Positions 8,227-16,120 of a DNA stretch of 32,000 nt are shown piece by piece. Source of the DNA: Candidatus Thalassarchaeaceae archaeon (lineage in GTDB: Archaea > Thermoplasmatota > Poseidoniia > Poseidoniales > Thalassarchaeaceae). The DNA lies in NCBI GenBank assembly GCA_045568075.1, contig JBJLBP010000001.1:1500001-1532000 (forward strand), written 5' to 3'. The position numbers were made by a program, and so were the translations under genes. The notes below the pieces were generated by a model. That model was given only the letters and a program-made list of their open reading frames with translations. It searched no databases and was not told the origin of the DNA. How positions within the stretch are numbered: the first letter of the stretch is position 1; each line of letters starts with the position of its first letter.

Positions 8227-9035
8227 CCAATAATTTCAGGAAGGAACTTCAGAACAGCGAGAGGTAACACAGCGAACATCACGTTGCGGAACATCGCATC
8301 ACGTGTTTTCCGCATGTGACCGTCCAATACAGCCTGCATTCGACTCTCGATTGCATCTGCAATCCCGACGGCCGGCATCTTAGCAACGCCGAGCCCAGCA
8401 TCAATCGCATCGGCACCGCGGTCAAGCAAACCGAAGACCAATCGTAAAACCAGATTCGGTTCATTGGCCTCGGTCATCTCACCATCCACTTCGTGAGCAA
8501 CATCGATTACCCGATTCCACGGACGAGGGATCCGCATATCCTCGAAACCTCGCAGAAATTCACGCCCACGTAAAGCGCGCTCAATCCCGCGCTTCAACCG
8601 CTCCAAATTCAACCTAGAAAGTCGCTTCAAACTACGCCGAGTTCGCATCACACGCGAAAAATCCCACAAGGTCCAAACAACAATCGAAAGAATCAGCAAT
8701 TTTGCACCAAAATCGGGAACATCATCCCACGACTGCCAGCCGATTTCTCCGATTCCAACACGGGTGATTCCCGCGGCGATACTCGGCAGCAAAAAAGCCA
8801 TCACTTCCTGCCGTAGTAATCCTCCAAAACCTTCGATTGGAAGCCGCCCCAAGTTCTCGCGAAACCAATTCAGATGAAGTCTCCTCTCACCTGGTGGGGC
8901 ATAGATCTCTATGAGGTCCAGCAGAGGGCGACGAAGTAACCAGATTCGAAGCACTAGAGGTATGGCCAAAGCGATGATGTAAGCTTCCCATGGCGAACTT
9001 GGGGGCCATGAAGGCATCGCGTAGGCCTCAACCAT
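8223..9035 (-). CDS. Hypothetical membrane protein
   Basis: ATG start, 270 aa. Several hydrophobic helices plus an Arg-rich amphipathic segment (RTRRSLKRLSRLNLERLKRGIERALRGREF). No recognisable family. Its stop codon overlaps the stop of the convergent MFS gene. Confidence 0.55.
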   Translation of the reverse strand: MVEAYAMPSWPPSSPWEAYIIALAIPLVLRIWLLRRPLLDLIEIYAPPGERRLHLNWFRENLGRLPIEGFGGLLRQEVMAFLLPSIAAGITRVGIGEIGWQSWDDVPDFGAKLLILSIVVWTLWDFSRVMRTRRSLKRLSRLNLERLKRGIERALRGREFLRGFEDMRIPRPWNRVIDVAHEVDGEMTEANEPNLVLRLVFGLLDRGADAIDAGLGVAKMPAVGIADAIESRMQAVLDGHMRKTRDAMFRNVMFAVLPLAVLKFLPEIIG

Positions 9036-9086
9036 ACTCTACCCTCGAGGCATCGGCCCCCATCAACTTCACTCCACCGAATACGG

Positions 9087-9512
9087 CTACCTAACAGTGG
9101 TTGTGAGAGCCGACCTCGCCATCAGAATGACTAGGATTGTCGAGACGATTAGAGTCGCAGCAAGCACGGTCGAGGTTCGAAGCATCATCAAGCAGAAGCC
9201 AGTTATTCCACAAGCATAACTCACCAATTCACAGCGAGATGCGAGCATCAGAATTGAAGCTGGGACTAGCACCGGATTGGAATATTCTCGAATCATCCGA
9301 CTCAGAAGGATGTACAATCCTTGGAAAGGAATGGCGATGCAGAATAGCGCCATCGCCAGAAGAAGCAGGCTTTCTGGGTCGTCATCTAAATTGAGTTCGC
9401 TGCCCTTCCAAAAGAGATTACTCAACCCCACACTCAGCAGACCCGTGTGGATGAGAGCAGAGGTAGTGGAGACTGCCGAGGATTCCACCGTGTCCGGGAC
9501 CATCGTCGGCAT
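9087..9512 (-). CDS. Hypothetical small polytopic membrane protein
   Basis: ATG start, 141 aa, about 4 hydrophobic segments. The opposite-strand ORFs here have low-complexity, R/S-rich translations. Confidence 0.5.
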   Translation of the reverse strand: MPTMVPDTVESSAVSTTSALIHTGLLSVGLSNLFWKGSELNLDDDPESLLLLAMALFCIAIPFQGLYILLSRMIREYSNPVLVPASILMLASRCELVSYACGITGFCLMMLRTSTVLAATLIVSTILVILMARSALTTTVR

Positions 9513-9555
9513 CCGATTCGTGTTGCTCTTGAGAATTGCGCCGCGACTAGTGGCC

Positions 9556-10575
9556 TCAAGCAGCGTTCTGAGGTATGCGCTTACCCACCCAGCGCTTCCA
9601 TATCGGTGGTATCAGGCAGGGCCACCAACATGCGTAGTAACCGGCAGGAAGTTCTGGGGCACCCGGGTGGGGGCGTAGCTGCCAGAACGCTACGCTGGCG
9701 CGCATGTGGTGATCTGAGTGACGGGTCAGTTCGATTAGTGACCATCGCGACCAGCGAGCCTCCGTGTTCCATGACTGCATCTCAGTCTGACGCTCATCCT
9801 CTCCCCTCCTGAGACCCCAGTGACGAATGTAATTCACATACTCGAGAGTGAGTATTGCGATGGTTGACAGAATTAGCCAACCTACCGCCATAGTTTGGCC
9901 TTGAGGCAGCATGAGAATAACTCCGAATGCGGCAATCTGTAAGAGAAGTCCCCGGTATGAAGGGTTACTCAATCCAGTTCGCCCCTTGCCGTTGTGAACC
10001 CTAACTGAAGATAGGTACTGGCCTGGAATGGTCCTGAGCCAGAACGACCACAATCCCTCTTCCTCGTGAGCGCTTGCTGGGTCGCGATCCGTAGCGACCC
10101 ATTTGTGGTGATTGTGATTATGCTCGGTGGTGAAGTGAGTGTAGTGGATGCTGAACAGCAGAAGTCTTGCTAGTCGCCAGCCCGGACTCTTTGGCTTCTT
10201 ATGCCCGAGCTCATGTGCAGTGACTATTGCAGAAGTTGCTGCAGACAATCCAGTTGACAGGGCAGCAGCGACTAACCAGAGTGAAATCGATTCTTCTAGG
10301 TAGGCGAACCTGAAGAAAGAGGCTAGCACCACAAAGTGGACGATGCCGTGTACCCAGAGAAGAGTCTCGAAGGGGAGACCAGACTCCCTTGGGGGCCGGG
10401 CCTGCTTCGACTCACCCATGACGATGTCTAGGATTGGTCCAATACCCCAAACAAATACCACTCCCATCGCCGTGTATGCTCCGCCGAGCAGATTGCCTGT
10501 GATGACAATCATCGGATTCACAAGTCCAAGAAGGTGGACGGGCCAAGGTTCCGGGGAGAGTTCTGACTCACTCAT
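9556..10575 (-). CDS. alkB: AlkB-family integral-membrane di-iron hydroxylase (alkane 1-monooxygenase-like)
   Basis: All signature motifs are present: HELGHKK, TEHNHNHH, NYIRHWGL (the NYxEHYGL motif) and LTRHSDHHM. The ATG at 10575 (MSESELSPEPW...) overlaps the msrA stop by 8 nt; the TTG at 10608 is the longest alternative. Confidence 0.8.
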   Translation of the reverse strand: MSESELSPEPWPVHLLGLVNPMIVITGNLLGGAYTAMGVVFVWGIGPILDIVMGESKQARPPRESGLPFETLLWVHGIVHFVVLASFFRFAYLEESISLWLVAAALSTGLSAATSAIVTAHELGHKKPKSPGWRLARLLLFSIHYTHFTTEHNHNHHKWVATDRDPASAHEEEGLWSFWLRTIPGQYLSSVRVHNGKGRTGLSNPSYRGLLLQIAAFGVILMLPQGQTMAVGWLILSTIAILTLEYVNYIRHWGLRRGEDERQTEMQSWNTEARWSRWSLIELTRHSDHHMRASVAFWQLRPHPGAPELPAGYYACWWPCLIPPIWKRWVGKRIPQNAA

Positions 10576-11146
10576 ACAAATGTGCGTGTTTGGCTCTTGT
10601 CTTAGCAATTTTCGGCGAGACTACCATTTGGCAGTAGGGATTTTGAGGATTGTTAGCGAAGTAGTTGTGGTGGTAATCCTCAGCCTCGAAAAAGCTGTTC
10701 AACGGACTCACTTCAGTGACAATGTCATCGACAAAGTTCTGCTGCAAATACCCGATCACATGCTCAATGTCTTGTTTCTGCTCTGGACTTGAGTAGAATA
10801 CACAACTGCGGTAATGTGGCCCTATGTCGTTGCCTTGTCGATTCAATTGGGTCGGGTCGTGCACGGTGAAGAATACCTCGAGAAGGATGCGGCGTGGGAT
10901 GACCTCGGGGTCGAATGCTACCTTGACAACCTCAGCATGGCCTGTGCGCTTTCCACAAACTTGCTCGTAGGTTGGGTTTTCCACATGACCACCGGAATAT
11001 CCAGGGATTACTTCGCTTACTCCGCGAAGGCCCAGAATGGCTCCTTCGACACACCAAAAGCAACCCCCACCAAGGACAATTTCCTCGACCATTGTCGGGG
11101 GGAGGGAACTAACCTCTTTCAGGTCTTCTAAATCAAACCAATCCAA
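10568..11146 (-). CDS. msrA: Peptide-methionine (S)-S-oxide reductase MsrA
   Basis: Catalytic GGGCFWCVEG, then GYSGG...NPTYEQVC.G.TGHAEVV.V.FDP and HDPT..NRQG.D.G..YRS. The longest ORF starts at TTG 11146. The ATG at 11092 (MVEEIVLGGGCFWC) is the more conventional start. Confidence 0.9.
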   Translation of the reverse strand: MDWFDLEDLKEVSSLPPTMVEEIVLGGGCFWCVEGAILGLRGVSEVIPGYSGGHVENPTYEQVCGKRTGHAEVVKVAFDPEVIPRRILLEVFFTVHDPTQLNRQGNDIGPHYRSCVFYSSPEQKQDIEHVIGYLQQNFVDDIVTEVSPLNSFFEAEDYHHNYFANNPQNPYCQMVVSPKIAKTRAKHAHLYE

Positions 11147-11271
11147 TCAAGAGCAATGAGAATGAAGAAAGGAATTGACAACAATTCAATAAGAACCCAG
11201 ATCTTAGTCAAAACACCAAAGCCCTCCCAGTCTTTTTTGATTGTTGACCAATGCTTCGCCCATTTACTCAT
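11128..11271 (-). CDS. Possible unannotated 47-aa hydrophobic micro-protein
   Basis: My hand translation of the minus strand: ATG at 11271, MSKWAKHWSTIKKDWEGFGVLTKIWVLIELLSIPFFILIALDWIGLI, stop TAG at 11130-11128. One clear TM helix. It is below the 60-aa cutoff of the supplied ORF track and ends inside the extended (TTG) version of msrA. Confidence 0.25.
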   Translation of the reverse strand: MSKWAKHWSTIKKDWEGFGVLTKIWVLIELLSIPFFILIALDWIGLI

Positions 11272-11343
11272 AATGAAATTAATTTAGAACAGATAGTTCT
11301 TCAAGATTTATCCGTCATTTACATTGAAATTTAGGTAGGTAAG

Positions 11344-11349
11344 ATATTT
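11344..11349 (+). promoter_or_regulatory. TATA-like box (ATATTT) about 30 nt upstream of the BNR-protein ATG
   Basis: AT-rich hexamer at -30..-25 relative to the A of ATG 11374, inside the longest AT-rich intergenic region. The spacing fits a leaderless archaeal transcript. Confidence 0.3.
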
Positions 11350-11373
11350 GCACAGAAGCGATGGCGCTTCTTC

Positions 11374-12843
11374 ATGCGCACCAAGGCTGGACTCCTCGTC
11401 CTCATCATGATCGGAGCCTCGCTATCGGGCTGCATCTTCGGTAGCGAGCCAGAATCTGAGCCAGAACCAGAAGTCGAGGATGAGGTGCGATTCTGGGTCA
11501 CCGGCCCCGATGGGCAATCAGTAGATTTCCCTGCCCTGCCACTCATGTTCAACTTCTCAAACGTAGGTGAGCAGGGCGCTGAGCCGAGTATCGGCATAAC
11601 CTCGAGCGGCTGCATGTTCTTCATCGCCTTCGAGAAAGTCATGCGCTCGTGCGATCACGGTGGCTCGTGGGAAATCGTCGACGACATAATGTCGCACCCT
11701 TCAACATCCGATCCATACGGCTGGGTCGACCCAGTCACAGACCGTGTATTCAACGTCCAGATGGTCGGCCTGCTGACAACCTGGATAGCATGGTCTGATG
11801 ATGACGGAGAGTCATGGATTGGTAATCCGCACGATTCAGGACCAATCCCGCTAAATGACCACATTAAGCTTGGAAGCGGCCCCTGGACAAGCGATGGATA
11901 TGGAGCTCTCGCAAACGCTCCGGGTGTATACGAAACTGCAGTCTATTTCTGCTACAACAAAATCGCCGGCATCTTCTGCTACACTTCCTTTGATGGCGGC
12001 GCCTCCTTCGAAGTCGGCGGACAGATTTTCGGAATGGCGACAACCAACGGTGGTCTGCACGGAGCCATAACCGCAGCATTAGACGGCACCGTCTACGTCC
12101 CGCCGCGTGTCGAAACACCAACGATTATCCTCTCCAAAGACAATGGTATGACGTGGAGCGAGCGAACCATGGGTTTGGACGTGGGAACCCCTTACCCGCG
12201 TAAGAACTCGGAAGTGGGAGCTGATAGTGAATCGAATGCTTACCACATCTGGACCGGTGCTGACCAAGGTGTCTACATGTCACGCAGCATGGATTCAGGT
12301 AATACATGGGATGAGGACAGCATTCGCATAAGTCCAGCAGGAGTCATTTCCTCAGTCTTCCCTCACATCGATGCAGGCGATCCAGGAAGGATTGCAATCA
12401 CCTATCTTGGAAGTGAGGATGCAGACTTACTGAACGGCTCTAACATCGATGGCAATCCATGGGACGGAAACGCCCACTATGCGCCGCACAACACCACCTA
12501 TCACCTCTACATCACTTTCTCACTCAATGCCCTCGACGAGGAGCCAATCTTCCACACAATGCGAGTGACTGATGATCCTGTGCAGATGGGTTCGATTTGT
12601 TTGAACAGCGGTGATTGCCGTGATTTCGGCGGCTCAAACCGCAATCTGCTCGACTTCAATGATCTACACATCGACCGCGAAGGTCGAGTCTACGTGGCCT
12701 TCGCGGATGGCTGCACTGGAAGCTGTGCTGAGGGTAATAATTCGACTTCTGAGGATTCAAGAGACCGGCTCGGATCGGTGTATTTCCTGAGTTCCGGGCC
12801 GAGTTTGTTCGAAGAAATCGGTGACCTCGCTGAATTCGAATGA
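11374..12843 (+). CDS. Secreted BNR/Asp-box repeat beta-propeller protein (sialidase/glycosidase-like), probable lipoprotein
   Basis: Signal peptide ending in the lipobox-like LSGC, then a SEPESEPEPE linker. Five Asp-box (SxDxGxTW-like) repeats: SCDHGGSWE, SDDDGESWI, SFDGGASFE, SKDNGMTWS, SMDSGNTWD. Confidence 0.8.
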   Translation: MRTKAGLLVLIMIGASLSGCIFGSEPESEPEPEVEDEVRFWVTGPDGQSVDFPALPLMFNFSNVGEQGAEPSIGITSSGCMFFIAFEKVMRSCDHGGSWEIVDDIMSHPSTSDPYGWVDPVTDRVFNVQMVGLLTTWIAWSDDDGESWIGNPHDSGPIPLNDHIKLGSGPWTSDGYGALANAPGVYETAVYFCYNKIAGIFCYTSFDGGASFEVGGQIFGMATTNGGLHGAITAALDGTVYVPPRVETPTIILSKDNGMTWSERTMGLDVGTPYPRKNSEVGADSESNAYHIWTGADQGVYMSRSMDSGNTWDEDSIRISPAGVISSVFPHIDAGDPGRIAITYLGSEDADLLNGSNIDGNPWDGNAHYAPHNTTYHLYITFSLNALDEEPIFHTMRVTDDPVQMGSICLNSGDCRDFGGSNRNLLDFNDLHIDREGRVYVAFADGCTGSCAEGNNSTSEDSRDRLGSVYFLSSGPSLFEEIGDLAEFE

Positions 12844-12844
12844 T

Positions 12845-13864
12845 TCAGGCGATTGGTAGCGAGAAGTTCTGCGGCTTGGCTATTCCCAAGTCCTTTGGTA
12901 ACTCGCGCACCTTCTCGGGTAGGACAACTGGAATCATCTCTCGACCGATGAGAGCCACTCGACTCTCACGTCGCTCAGACAAAACCTCTCGGCCGACCAG
13001 CGGCGCCAACTTATGGCTGAAATTCATCACATCATTGTGGCTCGGCATATTCTCAATCGTATGATTAGCGCGCGAATTCCCAACATACACGTAACCCTTG
13101 GCCTCGATGAAATCGGGATCAGCGATATTGTCGAGTCGCGCATAATCCTTCCAATGCCCAAGCGACTCGCCCTTAATCAGCGTATGACGACAGACAGTCC
13201 GCGTATCCAGACTTGGTAACAAGGCCAGAGTCTCCTCCAATTTCTCGAAAGCAGCAGTATCGAACTTCGGCTTGCACAGCCGATTGAATATCTCCTTGTT
13301 TGGCGCATCCACACTGACATACAACTGGGTAGGTAGAGGGTCGAGTTCCTCAATCACCTTCGGAAGCGAGCCATTTGTCACTAGGAAAGTAGACACTCCA
13401 TGCTGATGACAAACATCGAGGAACTCGCCGAGCCGTGAGTAAAGCGTAGGCTCGCCGTTCAATGAAATCGCAACGTGCTTAGGATTCTGAGCGTCGAGCC
13501 ATTTCTCGCGATCGGCCTTAGGATTTCCACCAAAACCGGTCAGCAGACGACGATGTCCACGAACCGATTCGAGGAAGAGTTCGTAGGGGTCGTCGTCAAT
13601 CTTCGTGAGCGTGTCAGAGTGAGGCTCCCTCCAGCAGTAAGTGCAGGCAAGGTTGCAGGTATCGACATTCGGTGCCATCTGCATGCAACCGTGGCTTTCG
13701 ATGCCGTAGAAAGTACCCTTGTAACACGAGCGATCTGCAATCAAACTCTGCTTTGTCCAATGGCAAACCTTCACTCCCCCGTGCTCCCCAACAAGGTGGT
13801 AACTTTGTTTTGCGAGGCGCGCCGCAATCTTTGGTTCAATCTTGGTGATTGGCGAACTTTGCAT
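12845..13864 (-). CDS. taw1: tRNA 4-demethylwyosine synthase Taw1 (TYW1 radical-SAM enzyme)
   Basis: VKVCHWTKQSL...CYKGTFYGIESHGCMQMAP...CNLACTYCWR. This is the Taw1/TYW1 double-cluster signature (CxxxCxxC plus upstream Cys). The ATG is at 13864; the GTG at 13891 is the longest alternative. There is no flavodoxin domain, as in archaeal Taw1. Confidence 0.88.
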   Translation of the reverse strand: MQSSPITKIEPKIAARLAKQSYHLVGEHGGVKVCHWTKQSLIADRSCYKGTFYGIESHGCMQMAPNVDTCNLACTYCWREPHSDTLTKIDDDPYELFLESVRGHRRLLTGFGGNPKADREKWLDAQNPKHVAISLNGEPTLYSRLGEFLDVCHQHGVSTFLVTNGSLPKVIEELDPLPTQLYVSVDAPNKEIFNRLCKPKFDTAAFEKLEETLALLPSLDTRTVCRHTLIKGESLGHWKDYARLDNIADPDFIEAKGYVYVGNSRANHTIENMPSHNDVMNFSHKLAPLVGREVLSERRESRVALIGREMIPVVLPEKVRELPKDLGIAKPQNFSLPIA

Positions 13865-13985
13865 TGGATCAGCTCCGACTTCGAACACCACAATGGGGTC
13901 GCGTCAGGGACTGCGCGTGAGGACGTTGTGTCTTGAATGATTCCGCTCGCACGGTATTTTTGGAAAAAGCGCCGCCGGCATTGGG

Positions 13986-13991
13986 TTTATC
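13986..13991 (+). promoter_or_regulatory. TATA-like box (TTTATC) 29 nt upstream of ATG 14015
   Basis: The same hexamer at the same spacing recurs upstream of ATG 25791. The spacing implies a leaderless mRNA. Confidence 0.35.
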
Positions 13992-14014
13992 GCAATTGAA
14001 GTACCGCACAAATC

Positions 14015-14605
14015 ATGGTGGCACTACTCGAAGCCGATACTTACCTGATTAGAAAAAAGGTCTTGAAAATTCTTGGAGAGGCCTTCCACATCTACACGGA
14101 TGATTCGCAGACTGAATTACTCGGATACTGCGAATTGAAGGCTTTCAAATTGAAGGAAGACATTCGCATTTACACGGATGAGAAAAAAACCACTGAACTC
14201 ATTAGCATCAAGGCGCGCAGTATTTTGGATTTCAGCGCCGGCTACGATGTGGTCGATGCACAGTCCGGTTCGAGCCTCGGTACCTTCAAACGAAAGGGGA
14301 TGAAGTCCTTGTTCAAAGATACGTACATATTGCTCGATCAGCAGGACCAAGAATACGCTGAATTGTCAGAAGACAGCGGTTTATTGGGATTGATTCGCAG
14401 GTTCGTTCCCTTCGCCAACATCCTGATTCCACAGATTTTCCATCTCCGAGGCAACGATGGTGGTGGTTCCGTCGAGTACACTCAGAAGATGAATCCAATC
14501 GTTCAACGGCTGACCGTGACAGGTGCTCAAAGCGGTGGGTTCGACCCGAGGGTCGTACTGGCAGGCGGGATGCTTTTGGCTGCTATCGAAGGTAAGCAGA
14601 ATTGA
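14015..14605 (+). CDS. LOR/scramblase-superfamily (tubby-like fold, YxjI-like) protein
   Basis: The N-terminal pattern YLIRKKVLKILGEAFHIYTDD...ELLGYCELKAFKLKEDIRIYTD..K..ELISIKARSIL resembles the repeated beta-hairpin pattern of bacterial YxjI/LURP-one-related proteins. The call is from memory of the family pattern only. Confidence 0.5.
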   Translation: MVALLEADTYLIRKKVLKILGEAFHIYTDDSQTELLGYCELKAFKLKEDIRIYTDEKKTTELISIKARSILDFSAGYDVVDAQSGSSLGTFKRKGMKSLFKDTYILLDQQDQEYAELSEDSGLLGLIRRFVPFANILIPQIFHLRGNDGGGSVEYTQKMNPIVQRLTVTGAQSGGFDPRVVLAGGMLLAAIEGKQN

Positions 14606-14622
14606 TTGGCTCGCAATCATTG

Positions 14623-15126
14623 TCATGCGTATTTTATTGCGGTGCCATAGGCAAAAATTTCGATATATTTGTTAGACTTCTTTGCTAGATAAGTTAGTCG
14701 TGCACTCTCAAGTCTAACATTTACTACTTCATCGAAGCCATCTTCTGATGCTTTGTCTCTAAGTGACTGGAGAACTTCTTGACGAGCCAGCATCAAAACA
14801 TCATCGAAAGAAGTGATATTTCCACCGAATAGTGTGTGCCATGATGCTATCCATTGATTCCACCAACCCGGACCTACGACAAAATTTGCTTGAATCATCT
14901 TTGCTTGAGTTATCTGATTATTTCCAAATGGGGTTTTGGTATTTGTTAGAGGATCTCTGCCGTATTTAGTTACAGTATCAGAGGCTCTTTCCATCACATT
15001 GTCAACCATTTTCCTATGCTTACGGCGACTGAAAATCATTGAAACAAGGAATGAAACTGGACCAAAAAGTGCAACGGTTAATGCAAGGAACACAAACAAG
15101 AGTCCTAAGACTTCCCATAGTTCCAT
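14623..15126 (-). CDS. Membrane-anchored YbjQ/UPF0145 (DUF74) family protein
   Basis: The ATG at 15126 is preceded by GAGGTGA at 5-nt spacing; the GTG at 15135 is the longest alternative. N-terminal TM (MELWEVLGLLFVFLALTVALFGPVSFLV, then SRRKHRK). C-terminal YbjQ-like domain (...LFGGNITSFDDVLMLARQEVLQSLRDKASEDGFDEVVNVRLES...IEIFAYGTAIK). Low GC. Confidence 0.7.
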   Translation of the reverse strand: MELWEVLGLLFVFLALTVALFGPVSFLVSMIFSRRKHRKMVDNVMERASDTVTKYGRDPLTNTKTPFGNNQITQAKMIQANFVVGPGWWNQWIASWHTLFGGNITSFDDVLMLARQEVLQSLRDKASEDGFDEVVNVRLESARLTYLAKKSNKYIEIFAYGTAIKYA

Positions 15127-15136
15127 TTTAGTCACC

Positions 15137-15475
15137 TCACTCTACAAGAACTGCTGTTCCATAAGCAAGAATTTCAGCTGCACCTGGTGTGATTGCACTT
15201 GTTGCCATTCTGACATTTACAACTGCATTGGCCCCTCTTCCAACGGCCTCTTGCAACATTCTCTGAACGGCTTCATCTCTTGATTCTCCAAGAAGTTCTG
15301 TGTAAGCCTTTAGTTCGCCACCTACAATATTTTTCAAACCTGCAAAAATGTCTTTTCCTACGTGCTTTGCTCTAACCGTTGAGCCGCTAACAACTCCCAA
15401 TGTTTTGACGGTTTTTCTTCCAGGGACTTCTTCTGTACTCACCATAATTATTGAGGATGGTAGACCTTGATTCAT
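15137..15475 (-). CDS. ybjQ: YbjQ/UPF0145 (DUF74) family protein
   Basis: Canonical family pattern: TTEEVPGRK..K.LGVVSG..V.....KD.FAGLKNIVGGEL..YTELL...R.EA..RM...A...GANAVVN.R..T......AAEILAYGTAV. GGAG lies 5 nt upstream of the ATG. Its stop is 1 nt from the next gene's longest ORF. Low GC. Confidence 0.85.
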   Translation of the reverse strand: MNQGLPSSIIMVSTEEVPGRKTVKTLGVVSGSTVRAKHVGKDIFAGLKNIVGGELKAYTELLGESRDEAVQRMLQEAVGRGANAVVNVRMATSAITPGAAEILAYGTAVLVE

Positions 15476-15520
15476 GATACTCCGAAGTGAAGGATGAGAA
15501 TGAAGTTTTGTTATCCATTA

Positions 15521-15964
15521 TCAATCAAAGATTTCTCTAATTCGAGGAACTGTTCTCTGCTTAGGGTGAAGGCATTCTTCAGAGGGATCTATTACGAATC
15601 CTTTGAGGAAGCGTCGACCTAGAATGATTCTGTGGCGCATTCGAGAACGATCTTGTAAGCAGATTTGGATATCGTGATCCTCACCTGCGACTTCGAGTGT
15701 GGTTCTAATGACTGGGCGCAGGGTGTCGTGACCACCGGTGTCGCGCACTCTACGCCACTCATGGAGCGGGCGCTCGATCCAGTTTCCATTCTTGCATAGG
15801 CGGAACTTGACGATGCGCTCCACGCCGTTATCGATGAGGCTGATCTCTTCGGCGTGGAGAGTATTCGACCACGCACCGGTATCCATCTTTGCCAATGTCG
15901 CCCCGCTTTCCAATTCGGGAAGACCAATCCATTCTCTCCAACCGAGTACGGTGCGCGCACGCAT
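15521..15964 (-). CDS. Retropepsin-like aspartic endopeptidase (PF05618 'ATP-dependent zinc protease'/RimB-like family)
   Basis: LGWREWIGLPELES...LAKMDTGAWSNTLHA carries the family's N-terminal pattern, including the DTGA aspartic-protease signature. GGAGGA lies 8-13 nt upstream of the ATG. Confidence 0.7.
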   Translation of the reverse strand: MRARTVLGWREWIGLPELESGATLAKMDTGAWSNTLHAEEISLIDNGVERIVKFRLCKNGNWIERPLHEWRRVRDTGGHDTLRPVIRTTLEVAGEDHDIQICLQDRSRMRHRIILGRRFLKGFVIDPSEECLHPKQRTVPRIREIFD

Positions 15965-16091
15965 GCAGATTCCTCCGGCCGCGGGCGGCCGACAACCCTT
16001 CTTGAAACCCTCGCTTGGGAGGTTGCGTCAACGGAAGTGAAAGTAGTCGAATGGATGTAGATTTGTGTCGAATTCTGACTGCGCGAATCGT

Positions 16092-16098
16092 TCATATA
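16092..16098 (+). promoter_or_regulatory. TATA-like box (TCATATA) 29 nt upstream of guaB ATG
   Basis: Position -29..-23 relative to ATG 16121, with no SD-like motif in between. Consistent with a leaderless transcript. Confidence 0.35.
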
Positions 16099-16120
16099 CG
16101 GCCGGCATGGGCCATCTCTA

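Noticed and set aside
9137-9812. Plus-strand ORFs 9137..9394, 9277..9678 and 9447..9812
   Set aside because: They overlap each other and lie antisense to hydrophobic membrane-protein frames (the 141-aa ORF and the alkB-like gene). Their translations are R/S-rich. No start-site context supports them.
14606-15520. Possibility that the low-GC cassette is a mobile element or defence island
   Set aside because: I could find no integrase, transposase, tRNA target, flanking direct or inverted repeats, or known defence-gene signatures (nuclease, ATPase, TIR, etc.). I kept it only as a compositional anomaly in the findings.
15976-15991. GC-rich palindrome CGGCCGC-gg-GCGGCCG upstream of the protease gene
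   Set aside because: The 2-nt loop is too tight for a hairpin. It sits in a short 5' leader next to the GGAGGA motif and has no second copy in the window. It is not enough to call a regulatory site.
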